A stretch of DNA of 64,000 nucleotides from an uncultured Candidatus Binatia bacterium (GCA_965200965.1 OZ241744.1:1408001-1472000); one strand, 5' to 3'. Shown: positions 39,152 through 49,000, numbered from the stretch's first letter. Notes: generated from the sequence alone by a model not told the origin. Program-made: numbers and translations.

Positions 39152-39329
39152 TCTACCCTCCCCAAAAAACCCTGAGATTATTGTCACCGCCGTATTGTAT
39201 TTTGTCCGTACAGGGGGCGCAAGTCCTGACGCGCCGAGCCAGGACGCAGGTCAGGACGCGCGTTGACTTTGTGGCCGCTGCCGGGCTGGGGTCGGGCCTG
39301 TCGCCGGTGTCGCCCCGGCTGGAGCAGGC

Positions 39330-39698
39330 TTATTCATCCGTGTAGTAGATGCGGGGTACGCGCCAGCGTTCCAGCAAACCGGGCGTGTCCTTGGCCGCGG
39401 TTTTGAGGTGGGCGGCGTGGTGGTCCATATCGGCGTAGAGCCGGGCTACGTCTATACGGTGGTGGCTGGGACGATAGTTCTCAAGACGCATGAGCCCCTG
39501 GGTCAAAAGATTGACCGTGCCCTGTGAGGCTCCACGGTGGAAGCGCAGGTGGAGGCCGGTGGCAAAACGGATCAGGGCTTCATAGAAGGCGTGGTCTTCT
39601 GGCGCGATTTCAGACCACGCCTCTTCCAGAACCTGATGACAATTGAAATACTCGCGCCGGTTGAACAGGCGCACAGCCTCTTGCAGTTTCGGGTGCAT
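39330..39698 (-). CDS. DUF309 domain protein
   Basis: LFNxxxYFxCHxVLExxW. Confidence 0.85.
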   Translation of the reverse strand: MHPKLQEAVRLFNRREYFNCHQVLEEAWSEIAPEDHAFYEALIRFATGLHLRFHRGASQGTVNLLTQGLMRLENYRPSHHRIDVARLYADMDHHAAHLKTAAKDTPGLLERWRVPRIYYTDE

Positions 39699-39760
39699 GG
39701 CAGCAACCTAAAACGGGACACCTGAAACGTAAAGACGGCTGACGAGAAAGGAAGAAGCCC

Positions 39761-41206
39761 ATGCCTATTCGGACGGTTGAGCAGTATAAAGACAGCCTCA
39801 AAGACGACCGCGTGGTGTATCTGCGTGGCCAGCGGCTGACCAATGTGACCGAACATCCGCTGATTCACAAGGCGATTGAGCACGAGGCCACCGACTATCG
39901 CTTGATGCACGACCCGGAGTTCCGCGAGCTGGCCGTTGTGCGCCATCCGGCCAGTGGTGAGGAGATGAGTCGGTATTTTCTGCCGCCCAGCAGTGCCCAA
40001 GCACTGCTCAAGCGCAGCGAGCTGATTGAAACGGCCTGCCGCGAGGGCGGCACGCTGGTGGTGCTGGCCAAGGTGGTCGGCAGTGATGCCCTGTTTGGCC
40101 TGACACGGACCTGTCACAAGGTTGATGCGGCCCTGGGCACGAGCTACGCCGGGAACGTCAAAGCCTTTTATGAGACCTGCTGGCGCACTGACCTGAGCTT
40201 TGCCCTGGCCCAGACCGACGTGAAAGGCGACCGCTCACTCCGCCCCTCTGAGCAGGAAGACCCCGACCTGTACCTGCACATTGTTGAGGAGAGGCCCGAC
40301 GGCATTGTTGTGCGCGGGGCAAAAACCCATACCTCCAACACGACCCACGCCAACGAAATGATCGTGCTGCCGACCCGGGCAATGGGCGAGGCGGATCAGG
40401 ACTACGCGGTGTCCTTTGCCATTCCGCTCAACGCGCCGGGCCTCAAGCTGCTGATGAGCGGCTATGGCTCCTACACCGAGCGCAACGCGTTTGACCACCC
40501 GGTCAGCTCGGGCCTGAAGATGACCGAAACCCTGACGGTCTTTGATAACGTGTTTGTGCCCAAGGAGCGGATCTTTCTGAAGGGTGAATGGGAGTTTGCC
40601 GGTCCGCTGGCCCTGTCGTTCGTGGAGTACCACCGGCTGACCGCGATTTCCTACAAGCTGCCGTTTCTGGACCTGTTGGCCGGTGCCGGCCGGCTGATGG
40701 CCGAGTACAACGGGGTCGAAAAGGCGGCCCATATCAAAGACAAGCTGTTCTGGCTGGCCAGCTATGCCGAAACGATCCGCTCGCTGACCCATATGGCGTG
40801 CATGAAAGCCGTGCCAGGCGACGCCGATATGGTCATGCCTGACCCGGCCACGGTGAATATCGCCAAGCACCATTTTGCGGCCAATTTCCACCAGGCCCTG
40901 TCGCATGTCCAGGACATTGCCGGCGGTCTTCTGGTCACGGCCCCGGCCGTCGAAGACCTGCACAGCGAAGAGACCGGACCGCTGCTCGAGAAATACCTCA
41001 AGGGCAAAAAGGGGACCTCGGGCCGGGAGCGTTTGCAACTGATTAACCTGATTCAAGACATCACCGCGTCCGACTTTGGCGGCTATCAGGCCGTCCTGGC
41101 ACTGCATGCCGAAGGCTCGATGGAGGCCGAGAAGATGCAATTGTACCGCGAGTACGACTGGTCCAAAGTCAGCGATCTCGCCCGCCGTATGGCGCGCCTG
41201 CACTAG
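39761..41206 (+). CDS. HpaB / 4-hydroxybutyryl-CoA dehydratase family flavoprotein
   Basis: QTDVKGDRS, GIVVRGAK, FDNVFVP, DIAGG. Confidence 0.85.
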   Translation: MPIRTVEQYKDSLKDDRVVYLRGQRLTNVTEHPLIHKAIEHEATDYRLMHDPEFRELAVVRHPASGEEMSRYFLPPSSAQALLKRSELIETACREGGTLVVLAKVVGSDALFGLTRTCHKVDAALGTSYAGNVKAFYETCWRTDLSFALAQTDVKGDRSLRPSEQEDPDLYLHIVEERPDGIVVRGAKTHTSNTTHANEMIVLPTRAMGEADQDYAVSFAIPLNAPGLKLLMSGYGSYTERNAFDHPVSSGLKMTETLTVFDNVFVPKERIFLKGEWEFAGPLALSFVEYHRLTAISYKLPFLDLLAGAGRLMAEYNGVEKAAHIKDKLFWLASYAETIRSLTHMACMKAVPGDADMVMPDPATVNIAKHHFAANFHQALSHVQDIAGGLLVTAPAVEDLHSEETGPLLEKYLKGKKGTSGRERLQLINLIQDITASDFGGYQAVLALHAEGSMEAEKMQLYREYDWSKVSDLARRMARLH

Positions 41207-41267
41207 AGCGCAGTCGAGGAATCCAGTCTGAGCACCCCACCAGGCTGTCGCAGTTTCCCAGGAAGCT

Positions 41268-42566
41268 ATGCGTGCCTCTGGCTCTCAGCGTGACAGAAGC
41301 GGTCTCGATCTCTTGCGGGCAGCCTTGCGTGACGATTTGGATTTTCACGGCGCAAAAGGCAGCCATGCCACGCACAGTTGGCATCCTTTTCCCGCCAGGT
41401 TTCCGCCCCAACTGCCACAGTTTTTTATTGAACATCTTTCGGATCGCAAGGATACTGTTTTTGATCCAATGTTCGGCTCAGGTACGACACTGGTGGAGGC
41501 GGCACGCCTGGGACGGCGGGCGGTTGGGTGTGACATTGACCCTTTGGCACGGATGATGACAGCGGCAAAGCTGGTACCCCTTGAAGCAGCCAAAACCTTA
41601 GAGGCCGGCTATGCGGTCATCCACGCAGCCCGACGTACCTTGGGGTACGGCCGTGATCAGTTGGAGCGGGAATTATCCCAACGCTTTGATGAGAAAACCC
41701 GAGCGTTTGTCAATTACTGGTTTTTGCCCCAACACCAGCTGGAACTTCTCGCCCTTCTGAAGGAGATTGCGTTGGTGCGGCAGGGAGGGATGCAACAATT
41801 CTTCAAGGTGGTCTTTTCATCAACCATCATTGCCAAGTCCGGGGGCGTTTCGCTGGCGCGCGATCTGGCGCATACACGTCCGCACAGGGTTGCCGAGAAA
41901 AAGCCGAACTCGGCGTTCGTCGAATTTGCCAAGCGACTAAAAGCGAGTCTGGCCTCTGTCGCCGGCGATTCGGCCATTGGGCAAAGCGCCGACATTCGAG
42001 CGGCTCGCGCCGATAAAACCGGCTTGCCGCCGGCAAGCGTTGATCTGATTGTAACCTCGCCGCCGTATGCGAACAACGCGATTGATTACATGCGGGCGCA
42101 CAAATTCTCGCTGGTCTGGTTTGGCTGGACAATCGACACCCTGGCCAGGATTCGGGCCCAATATCTGGGCCATGAGGCCGTCGCCGGCGTGCGATTCGAC
42201 CCCCTGCCCCGGCAGTGCGAAGGAACACTTGCTACCCTGGCAGAGCGTGATGCCAAAAAAGCCGCGGTCTTACGCCGCTATTTTGGTGAGATGTCCGCTG
42301 TGATCAGCGAAATGTGGCGGGTCTTGAAAAAAGGCAAACCAGCGGTGATTGTTGTTGGGAGCTCGAATCTGCGTGGTATAGATGTCGAGACGCAAAAGGG
42401 GCTTGCCGCCATCGGCCAGAGTGTCGGCTTTGCTGTAGCGGGAATCGGCACTCGCCGGCTGGACCGCGATAGGCGCATGATGCCGGCGCGCTGGGGCAGG
42501 GATCGACATTCGCAGATTGAGGAACGGATGCACGAAGAATATGTGATCGGATTGATAAAACAATGA
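41268..42566 (+). CDS. orphan DNA (probably N4-cytosine) methyltransferase
   Basis: HPFPARFP, DPMFGSGTT, VTSPPY. Confidence 0.85.
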   Translation: MRASGSQRDRSGLDLLRAALRDDLDFHGAKGSHATHSWHPFPARFPPQLPQFFIEHLSDRKDTVFDPMFGSGTTLVEAARLGRRAVGCDIDPLARMMTAAKLVPLEAAKTLEAGYAVIHAARRTLGYGRDQLERELSQRFDEKTRAFVNYWFLPQHQLELLALLKEIALVRQGGMQQFFKVVFSSTIIAKSGGVSLARDLAHTRPHRVAEKKPNSAFVEFAKRLKASLASVAGDSAIGQSADIRAARADKTGLPPASVDLIVTSPPYANNAIDYMRAHKFSLVWFGWTIDTLARIRAQYLGHEAVAGVRFDPLPRQCEGTLATLAERDAKKAAVLRRYFGEMSAVISEMWRVLKKGKPAVIVVGSSNLRGIDVETQKGLAAIGQSVGFAVAGIGTRRLDRDRRMMPARWGRDRHSQIEERMHEEYVIGLIKQ

Positions 42567-42638
42567 AACAGAGCGAGATCGAGAAACTGCGATCCACTTG
42601 AAGGCCGCTAAGAACCATGTCCACAAGGAGGAAGAGCT

Positions 42639-44228
42639 ATGAGTCGATATACTGGAACAGCCGGCCCCCACGCCGCAGAGGGCTGGCAGGTATCGCGTTT
42701 GACCCCAGCGAGTGAGCTGTTTGGTGCCAACGGCATGCGGTTTGGCCCGGACGGCAGGATTTATGTTGTCCAAGCCTTTGGCAGTCAGATCAGCGCACTT
42801 GAGCCAACCACCGGGGCCAGGGAAACCATCTCGCCGGTCGGTGGAGAAATTGTCGCCCCGGACGATATCGCCTTTGACTCGCACGGCACAATGTATGTGA
42901 CCGAGGTGATGAACGCCCGGGTCAGTGCGCGGACGCCAAACGGTGAAGTCAAGGTCATTGCCGATAATGTGCCGGCGGCCAACGGCATCGTGGCCTACCA
43001 GGACCGGTTGTTCATGGACGAGTGTCGGCCGGGTGGACGCCTGTGGGAGCTGTACCCGGACGGCCGTTCACCCCGGCTGATGGCCGACAATCTGCCCTTG
43101 CCCAACGCGCTGATGGTCGGGCCGGACGGGAACATCTATTTTCCCCAGATCGCCGCCGGCGAAATCTGGCGATGCTCGCTCGAAGGTGGCACGCCCGAGA
43201 AGTTTGTCGATGGCCTGGCCGTGCCGACCGCGGTCAAGTTTGACAAGAACGGCCTGCTGACCACCACCCAGGCCGGCAGCGGCGAGATCACCAGGATCGA
43301 CATCCAGAGTGGTACCAAAACCCAGGTCGCCAAGGTCCGGCCGGGAATCGATAACTTTGTGATTGATGACGACAACCGGCTGTTCATTTCTCACTTTGTG
43401 GACGGCGGGGTGGCCGAGCTCATGAGCGACGGCACAGAGCGGGTGTTGAGCAACGCCGGTATGCTCGGCCCATTTGGTTTGTCGGTCGGCAACGGAACCC
43501 TGTTCGCCGCCGACGGCATGAGCCTGATTATGTTGACGGCCGACGGCCAGCAGAGCCGCCCGGCCCAGTTTCCCCAGGAGGGCTTCCCGGGGTTTCTGCG
43601 CGGCTTAGCGGTTGGTCCGTCTCATAATGTGTATGCCAACATCTCGGCCGGCAGTGTGGTGTCGTATGACCTTGACGCCCACGAGACCAGCGTTATTGCC
43701 GAGGGCCTGGACGAACTCTACGGCCTGGCGGTCAGCCCTGACGGGTCGCTGGTTGTGGCCGAGGGCGGGTCTGGTCGGGTGCTGGTCGTGACGACGAGTG
43801 GAGAGGTTTCGACCGCGGCGAGTGGCCTGGGCCGTCCGATGGGTGTTGCAGTGGCCAGTGACGGGAGCTGTTATGTGAGTGACGGCGACCGGGGTCAGGT
43901 CGTGCGTATTAGCGGCGGAACCTCGACCGTTCTTGACGGGCTCCAAAAGCCGCACGGGGTGACGCTGGCGGGAGACCTGTTGTTTGTCGTTGATGCCGGC
44001 AGCAAAGAACTCATTGCCTTCTCGCTGTCAAGCAGACAGCGCCAGACCGTGGCCAGCAATCTGCCGGTCGGCGCTCCGCCGGGTGTCACACCCAAGCTGC
44101 TGGCGGGCATTGCCGGGCTGGTTCCGGGACCGCTCACGCCGTTCTCCGATCTGGCCGCCGGCAACGACGGAACCGTCTATATTGCCGCGGACGGCGACGG
44201 CAGCGTGCTGGCTGTCAAACGCGCCTGA
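42639..44228 (+). CDS. SMP-30/NHL double beta-propeller protein
   Basis: repeated P.G...xDG.lYV blades. Confidence 0.8.
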   Translation: MSRYTGTAGPHAAEGWQVSRLTPASELFGANGMRFGPDGRIYVVQAFGSQISALEPTTGARETISPVGGEIVAPDDIAFDSHGTMYVTEVMNARVSARTPNGEVKVIADNVPAANGIVAYQDRLFMDECRPGGRLWELYPDGRSPRLMADNLPLPNALMVGPDGNIYFPQIAAGEIWRCSLEGGTPEKFVDGLAVPTAVKFDKNGLLTTTQAGSGEITRIDIQSGTKTQVAKVRPGIDNFVIDDDNRLFISHFVDGGVAELMSDGTERVLSNAGMLGPFGLSVGNGTLFAADGMSLIMLTADGQQSRPAQFPQEGFPGFLRGLAVGPSHNVYANISAGSVVSYDLDAHETSVIAEGLDELYGLAVSPDGSLVVAEGGSGRVLVVTTSGEVSTAASGLGRPMGVAVASDGSCYVSDGDRGQVVRISGGTSTVLDGLQKPHGVTLAGDLLFVVDAGSKELIAFSLSSRQRQTVASNLPVGAPPGVTPKLLAGIAGLVPGPLTPFSDLAAGNDGTVYIAADGDGSVLAVKRA

Positions 44229-44349
44229 GCGTCGTGGCGTAGCTGTCCCGTTTTCAGGGTCCTGGGCTGCGCTCATGACCCGCGCCGGCCTGAACGGGCC
44301 GGCGAGGATTGAAACAACCAAACCAAACCAAACGAGGATATATCCCCCC

Positions 44350-45033
44350 ATGTCAGACTCCGCTCTTGCTCCTCCCGCTCCGTCGGCGACCGTCGTTGTG
44401 CTGCGTGACTCCCCCGCCGGTCTGGAAACCCTGCTGTTGCGCCGGAACTCCCGGCTGGCCTTCCACGGTGGAGCCTGGGTTTTTCCCGGCGGCCATATTG
44501 ACCCGGTGGATCATGTGGGCGGGGCTGAAGACGTCATGTTGGCCGCGGCCCGCAATGCGGCTGTGCGTGAGGCCCGGGAAGAGGCCAAGCTGGCGATTGA
44601 GGCCGACAAGCTGGTCTTCTTTGCCCACTGGACAACCCCGGTCATCCGGCCCAAACGCTTCTCTACCTGGTTCTTTGTCGCTCCGGCAGGACAGGGGGCA
44701 GTAGCGGTTGACGGAAACGAGATCCACGCCCATAGCTGGATGCGACCGCAAAAAGCCCTGGCCGCCCAGCAGGCCGGAGAGATTGAGTTGCCGCCCCCGA
44801 CCTTTGTCTCGATTACCAGACTGTCCGTTTTCCACACGGTCAACCAGGCCCTGAGCTGCTTCGCCGAGCGTGAGCCAGAGATATTTTTCCCCCGCCTCCA
44901 GACAGTAGCGGGTGGGGCGTGCTGCCTGTACCAGGGCGACGCCGGCTATGAGACCGGGGACCTTGACGCCCCCGGTGCTCGGCACCGGCTGTGGATGCTG
45001 AAGAGCGGCTGGTGCTACGAGCGGAAGCCTTAG
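44350..45033 (+). CDS. NUDIX hydrolase
   Basis: WVFPGG, AAVREAREE, HWTTP..KRF. Confidence 0.85.
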   Translation: MSDSALAPPAPSATVVVLRDSPAGLETLLLRRNSRLAFHGGAWVFPGGHIDPVDHVGGAEDVMLAAARNAAVREAREEAKLAIEADKLVFFAHWTTPVIRPKRFSTWFFVAPAGQGAVAVDGNEIHAHSWMRPQKALAAQQAGEIELPPPTFVSITRLSVFHTVNQALSCFAEREPEIFFPRLQTVAGGACCLYQGDAGYETGDLDAPGARHRLWMLKSGWCYERKP

Positions 45034-45099
45034 ACCTCCAGGACAATTTTACCGAAGTTGTGGTTGTTCTTCTGGGCAGGTACAGAGCAGGCGAGAGAA

Positions 45100-46950
45100 T
45101 TACGATTTGCTGTTTTTCTCTCCCTCTGTTGCTGGAGTCATGAATCGTGGGGTTCGTGCAGTATCGCCGCTCACTAACACGCGGATTTCGTCAAGGTCTT
45201 CCTCGAACGCCTTTGCCGTGACCCGGCGATAGCGCCAACAGCTGAATTCCGGCCCACGACGCGCACTTATGGCTTCCCTCGCGTGACGTTCGAAATTAAA
45301 CGCCATTGCTCTATCGCCCGAAGCCCAACAGGCAATTGACATACACTGAAGATAATTCGGCTGCTCTTTGGTTTTCGGATTTTCCTGGTCGAGCTTAACA
45401 ACTCGTTCAAACAGCTGTGGCCTGACCTCTCCCGTCGCTCCCCATATCGCCATCCCGTAGTTGAAAGCGTCCCCGATCTCCATCTCCTCAACGTCGCGTC
45501 CCCTGTGGCGGAGAAGGTTCGCCGCCTCGTCGCACTTTCCAATACTGATATAAGCTGACACCAATTCCGATCTCGCCGATATGCGTTTGTTCTCAGGCTG
45601 ATTGTCATCGTCAACAAGCGATTGCAAGAGAGACACCGCGATCTTTCTTTCTTCCTCTGACTCGTCAAGGGTGTACGCAAGCCAGAGTTGGTCTTCAAAG
45701 TCCAGGGATGCAACTGCCGCGGACTCAGCAACGCCTTTGAGACTGTCAGGGCTCACCTTCCGTATCGCTGCCCTGACGAGAGGAGGGGGTAATCGGTCGG
45801 AGCGTAGAGCTTGCCATGCATCTTCGTTCGCACCGTCCATATCCCCACTCCCAGCACGAACCCGAGCCCGGTGCAGATATCCATCGGGCTCAGTGTATCC
45901 AGCTTCGAGCGCACGATCGAATAACGACACGGCCTGTTCCAAGTGTTGTTGATCTTCTTGGAACCTACCAAGGGTGAACAGGACTTCCCCATCGCTCGAA
46001 TGCATCTCCTCAATATCCTGGAGCGTCTCGTCCATCCTCTGCTGTGACTCGTACCTTACTCCCCGACTGCGCAGCTGCCTTCCCGCTCGCTGAATGTAGG
46101 CTAGTGCTCCCTCCCGGTCTGCTAAATTGCCTCTGACAATCTCTTGAACGAGCTTGCGATATTCCTGCGCGAGCCGACTTTTCGGACGGTCCTTGGTGAA
46201 CACCACTTGGTTCAGCAGGGCCAGGCTGTTATATCGGTGTACGATCGCAGGTTCGTGGTCAAAGTCTAACTGCCGCTGGAATGCGCTGATCTTGCTCTCC
46301 AGAATCCTGTCTTCGTCGTCCAGATCGGGTACGTTGGACATCACAAAGTGCAGAGCAATCTCCTTGTTGCGTGGCGTGCGGGCTTCCGACCGAATATCCT
46401 GGACAATTCTGGTCAAACCCCGCAGATTCTGCTCGTTTGGAAAGAACAGGAGTAACACGGCGTCGGGGAGTTGGCGGGTACAGATGCCGGCGGTATCCGT
46501 GTGGCCGGTGCGCGAGTCGATCAGCACATAGTCCGGCTTGATGGTCTCTTCCCACTGCTCCTTCAGGTCCTCAAACAGAAGATAGCCGTCGTGTTTTTCG
46601 TACAGGGTGGCCCAGTCAATCTGATTGAATTTGGTGGCGTAAAATTCTCGCTGTGCGCCGGAGGGCATGATCCACAAGCCACCGCGATCGCCAATGCCGG
46701 ACGATTTGTAAATGAACCGGTCAACCTCCGGGGCTTGACCGGAATCCAGATATTCGCCAACAAAGTCGATGATTCCCGGAACGAAGTTCTCGGAACCCAG
46801 AATGTCGAAGGTGTCGAGTCCCGGGGCCTCCAAATCGAAATCAACGGCAAGGACACGCCGGCCTGTGTTGGCGAGTTCGACAGCGATATTCACGAGTGCC
46901 ATTGTGCGCCCGACACCGCCTTTGAACGAGTAGAATGTCGTAATGAACAT
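45100..46950 (-). CDS. ParA/MinD-like KGGVGR-variant ATPase with TPR-like C-terminus
   Basis: TFYSFKGGVGRT, DFDLEAPG, YVLIDSRTG; helical repeats. Confidence 0.85.
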   Translation of the reverse strand: MFITTFYSFKGGVGRTMALVNIAVELANTGRRVLAVDFDLEAPGLDTFDILGSENFVPGIIDFVGEYLDSGQAPEVDRFIYKSSGIGDRGGLWIMPSGAQREFYATKFNQIDWATLYEKHDGYLLFEDLKEQWEETIKPDYVLIDSRTGHTDTAGICTRQLPDAVLLLFFPNEQNLRGLTRIVQDIRSEARTPRNKEIALHFVMSNVPDLDDEDRILESKISAFQRQLDFDHEPAIVHRYNSLALLNQVVFTKDRPKSRLAQEYRKLVQEIVRGNLADREGALAYIQRAGRQLRSRGVRYESQQRMDETLQDIEEMHSSDGEVLFTLGRFQEDQQHLEQAVSLFDRALEAGYTEPDGYLHRARVRAGSGDMDGANEDAWQALRSDRLPPPLVRAAIRKVSPDSLKGVAESAAVASLDFEDQLWLAYTLDESEEERKIAVSLLQSLVDDDNQPENKRISARSELVSAYISIGKCDEAANLLRHRGRDVEEMEIGDAFNYGMAIWGATGEVRPQLFERVVKLDQENPKTKEQPNYLQCMSIACWASGDRAMAFNFERHAREAISARRGPEFSCWRYRRVTAKAFEEDLDEIRVLVSGDTARTPRFMTPATEGEKNSKS

Positions 46951-46955
46951 CTCGG

Positions 46956-47519
46956 TCAGGCTGCCAGTCGCAACTGAAAGCTGTCTTGCTCTCGCCGAAC
47001 GGCGTCGGAATCCTTCAGACATCGAAAGCGCCTGCCGTCCACAGGCGATGCTGTTACTGAAGACCACCCAGCAGATGCAAAACTCTTGAGCCTTTGCATG
47101 GTCGCGGGGCTTGCCAGAAGCCGCAGGTAGCGGTCGTTCGCCAGGGTCTGAATCATGGTCCCGTTTTCCCAACGGTTCAGCGTTGCTTCGCCAAGCCCGG
47201 TCACCTCGGCGAAGGCTGCGCGTGTCATCCCATGACTGTCTCTGATCCGTCGTATTTCCGCGGGGGTAAGAACACCAAAATGGTGACAGACCGCGTCGTG
47301 CTTCAGCCGCTCAGCTTCGTCGTCAAGAAATGTGACTGCACAGGAGCCACAGCGCCGCACCGGCAGATCTATGGTCAGATCGACAGCGGATTCTCCAGAA
47401 CCGTAGCTGAATGTGTGTCGATGTGTGAATGTTGTTACTGCATTGTCGCCACACTGTGGGCATGTGTAGCCGCTTTCTGCCACAGCAGGTATCCGGGTTG
47501 TCAAGGGTCGAGATTCCAT
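46956..47519 (-). CDS. MqsA-like antitoxin (Zn-ribbon + HTH) with C-terminal extension
   Basis: CPQC..CGSC, LTPAEIRRIR..TRAAFA..TLNRWENG. Confidence 0.85.
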   Translation of the reverse strand: MESRPLTTRIPAVAESGYTCPQCGDNAVTTFTHRHTFSYGSGESAVDLTIDLPVRRCGSCAVTFLDDEAERLKHDAVCHHFGVLTPAEIRRIRDSHGMTRAAFAEVTGLGEATLNRWENGTMIQTLANDRYLRLLASPATMQRLKSFASAGWSSVTASPVDGRRFRCLKDSDAVRREQDSFQLRLAA

Positions 47520-47530
47520 ATGTCACATCC

Positions 47531-47884
47531 CTATTCCGGCTCGGAGTAGTGAAAGCTGCGCCCCCATATCTTTCCAGACCCGAGTTCGAGTTTGACATAG
47601 AGGGTAGGAGCATCCGGCTCCAGGTCGATCTTCATGACGTAACCTGTGGCTCCCGGCGGCTTGCGAAGGGTCACTGTGTCTATATTGTGCTTGCTTTCGA
47701 GCTTGGAGGCGATCAGGTCCCAGGCCGCCGCGTCCGTGAAGTGGGTATCGAGCATTCCGGACGGGTTGCGAACACTGCCAGGACGCCAATCGGTCGGGCG
47801 ATCGAGGTCGAACCCGGTCACACGGGAACGGGGTCGCCTTGCCAGGATCGCCAGTTGGTGACGTACCGAATCGTCTATACCCAT
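47531..47884 (-). CDS. MqsR/RelE-like toxin candidate
   Basis: LYVKL..SFHYS C-terminal motif; upstream of the MqsA-like gene. Confidence 0.65.
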   Translation of the reverse strand: MGIDDSVRHQLAILARRPRSRVTGFDLDRPTDWRPGSVRNPSGMLDTHFTDAAAWDLIASKLESKHNIDTVTLRKPPGATGYVMKIDLEPDAPTLYVKLELGSGKIWGRSFHYSEPE

Positions 47885-47927
47885 GTGAGCGACCGATCTT
47901 TATACGCCCGTAAGTATGCATCACTCA

Positions 47928-47981
47928 CAATCATATGATAGAAATTTTTAAAGTCAAGAGCCTCTTTCAATCGTATGATAG
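47928..47981 (-). promoter_or_regulatory. sigma70-like promoter with two operator-like repeats
   Basis: TTGACT(47957-52)-16nt-TATGAT(47935-30); caatc(a/g)tatgatag at 47928 and 47968. Confidence 0.6.
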
Positions 47982-48019
47982 GAAAAATTGTGATTGACTC
48001 GCCAGAGCGACGGGACGGT

Positions 48020-49000
48020 TTACGCGACCTCCAGGACAATTTTGCCGAAGTTGCGGTTGTCTTCCATGTATTGATGGGCCGCGGCGGCCTGGGCGAGCGG
48101 AAAAACGGTATCAATGATCGGTCGGATGTTTCCCGCGGTCAGCAGCGGCAGCCAAGTCTGCCTGAAGCGCCGGGTAATCTCGATTTTCTCCGCAAGCGGG
48201 CGGCTGCGCAGCACCGAGCCGAAGACCTGGAGGCGTTTGCTCAGAATCAGACCGAGGTTGGTTTCGACTTTCACCCCGCCCATCAGCCCGACTAGCACCA
48301 GCCGCCCGCCGGTCTTCAGGCTGCGCAGATTCCTGTCCCAGTAGGCCGCGCCGATGAAGTCCTCAATGAGGTCTACGCCCCGCCCCCGTGTCTGTTCGCG
48401 CACCCAGTCGGCAAAGTCCTGCTCGTGGTAGTTGCAGCCGGCCTCGGCCCCGAGTTCGAGACAGCGCCGAATTTTCTCCCCAGACCCGGCGGTAATCAGA
48501 ACCCGGGCACCGGTTTCACGCGCCATCTGGATGCCGGCCGTCCCCACCCCACTCGCCCCGGCGTGGATCAGAATGGTTTCACCGGCTTTGAGGCCGCCAA
48601 GGGTGAAGATCGTTTCCTGGGCGGTGAAATAGACCTCGGGCACTGCCGCGGCCTGACCGAAGCTCCAGCCGTCCGGGATGGGCATGGCCATCCGCGCATC
48701 AATAATGGCCTGCTCCGCATAGCCGCCGCTGCCGACCAGACCAAAGACGCGGTCGCCCAGTCTAAAGCCGTGGACCGCGGAGCCGGCCGCCTCCACCTCA
48801 CCGGCTAGTTCCAGACCCAGGATGTCCGATTCGCCGGCCGGCGGTGGATAGGCACCGCGGCGTTGCATGGTGTCGGCGCGGTTGAGGGCAGAGGCGCAGA
48901 CCCGCACGAGGAGTTGATCCGGCCCCGGGATCGGGTCGGCCACGTCGGCCAACTCCAAGACCTCTGGGCCGCCGGGTTTGGCAAAAGTAATGGCTTTCAT
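48020..49000 (-). CDS. NAD(P)H-quinone oxidoreductase (PIG3 family)
   Basis: LNRAD, GLELAG, HAGASGVG, GKIVL. Confidence 0.9.
   Translation of the reverse strand: MKAITFAKPGGPEVLELADVADPIPGPDQLLVRVCASALNRADTMQRRGAYPPPAGESDILGLELAGEVEAAGSAVHGFRLGDRVFGLVGSGGYAEQAIIDARMAMPIPDGWSFGQAAAVPEVYFTAQETIFTLGGLKAGETILIHAGASGVGTAGIQMARETGARVLITAGSGEKIRRCLELGAEAGCNYHEQDFADWVREQTRGRGVDLIEDFIGAAYWDRNLRSLKTGGRLVLVGLMGGVKVETNLGLILSKRLQVFGSVLRSRPLAEKIEITRRFRQTWLPLLTAGNIRPIIDTVFPLAQAAAAHQYMEDNRNFGKIVLEVA

Larger units (their letters stand above)
45033..48064. mobile_element. about 3-kb inserted cassette (MqsR-MqsA-ParA/TPR) flanked by ~40-bp imperfect direct repeats; no integrase
   Basis: gacctccaggacaatttt(a/g)ccgaagttg(t/c)ggttgt(t/-)cttc at 45033-45072 and 48026-48064, matching the 3' end of the quinone oxidoreductase gene. 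Confidence 0.7.

Noticed and set aside
39223-39268. gtcctgac/gtcaggac inverted repeat as an ncRNA or mobile end
   Set aside because: Only 8 bp with no other support
45100-46950. Plasmid/chromosome partition ParA
   Set aside because: KGGVGR variant with a long TPR-like tail, no ParB or parS nearby, and TA context
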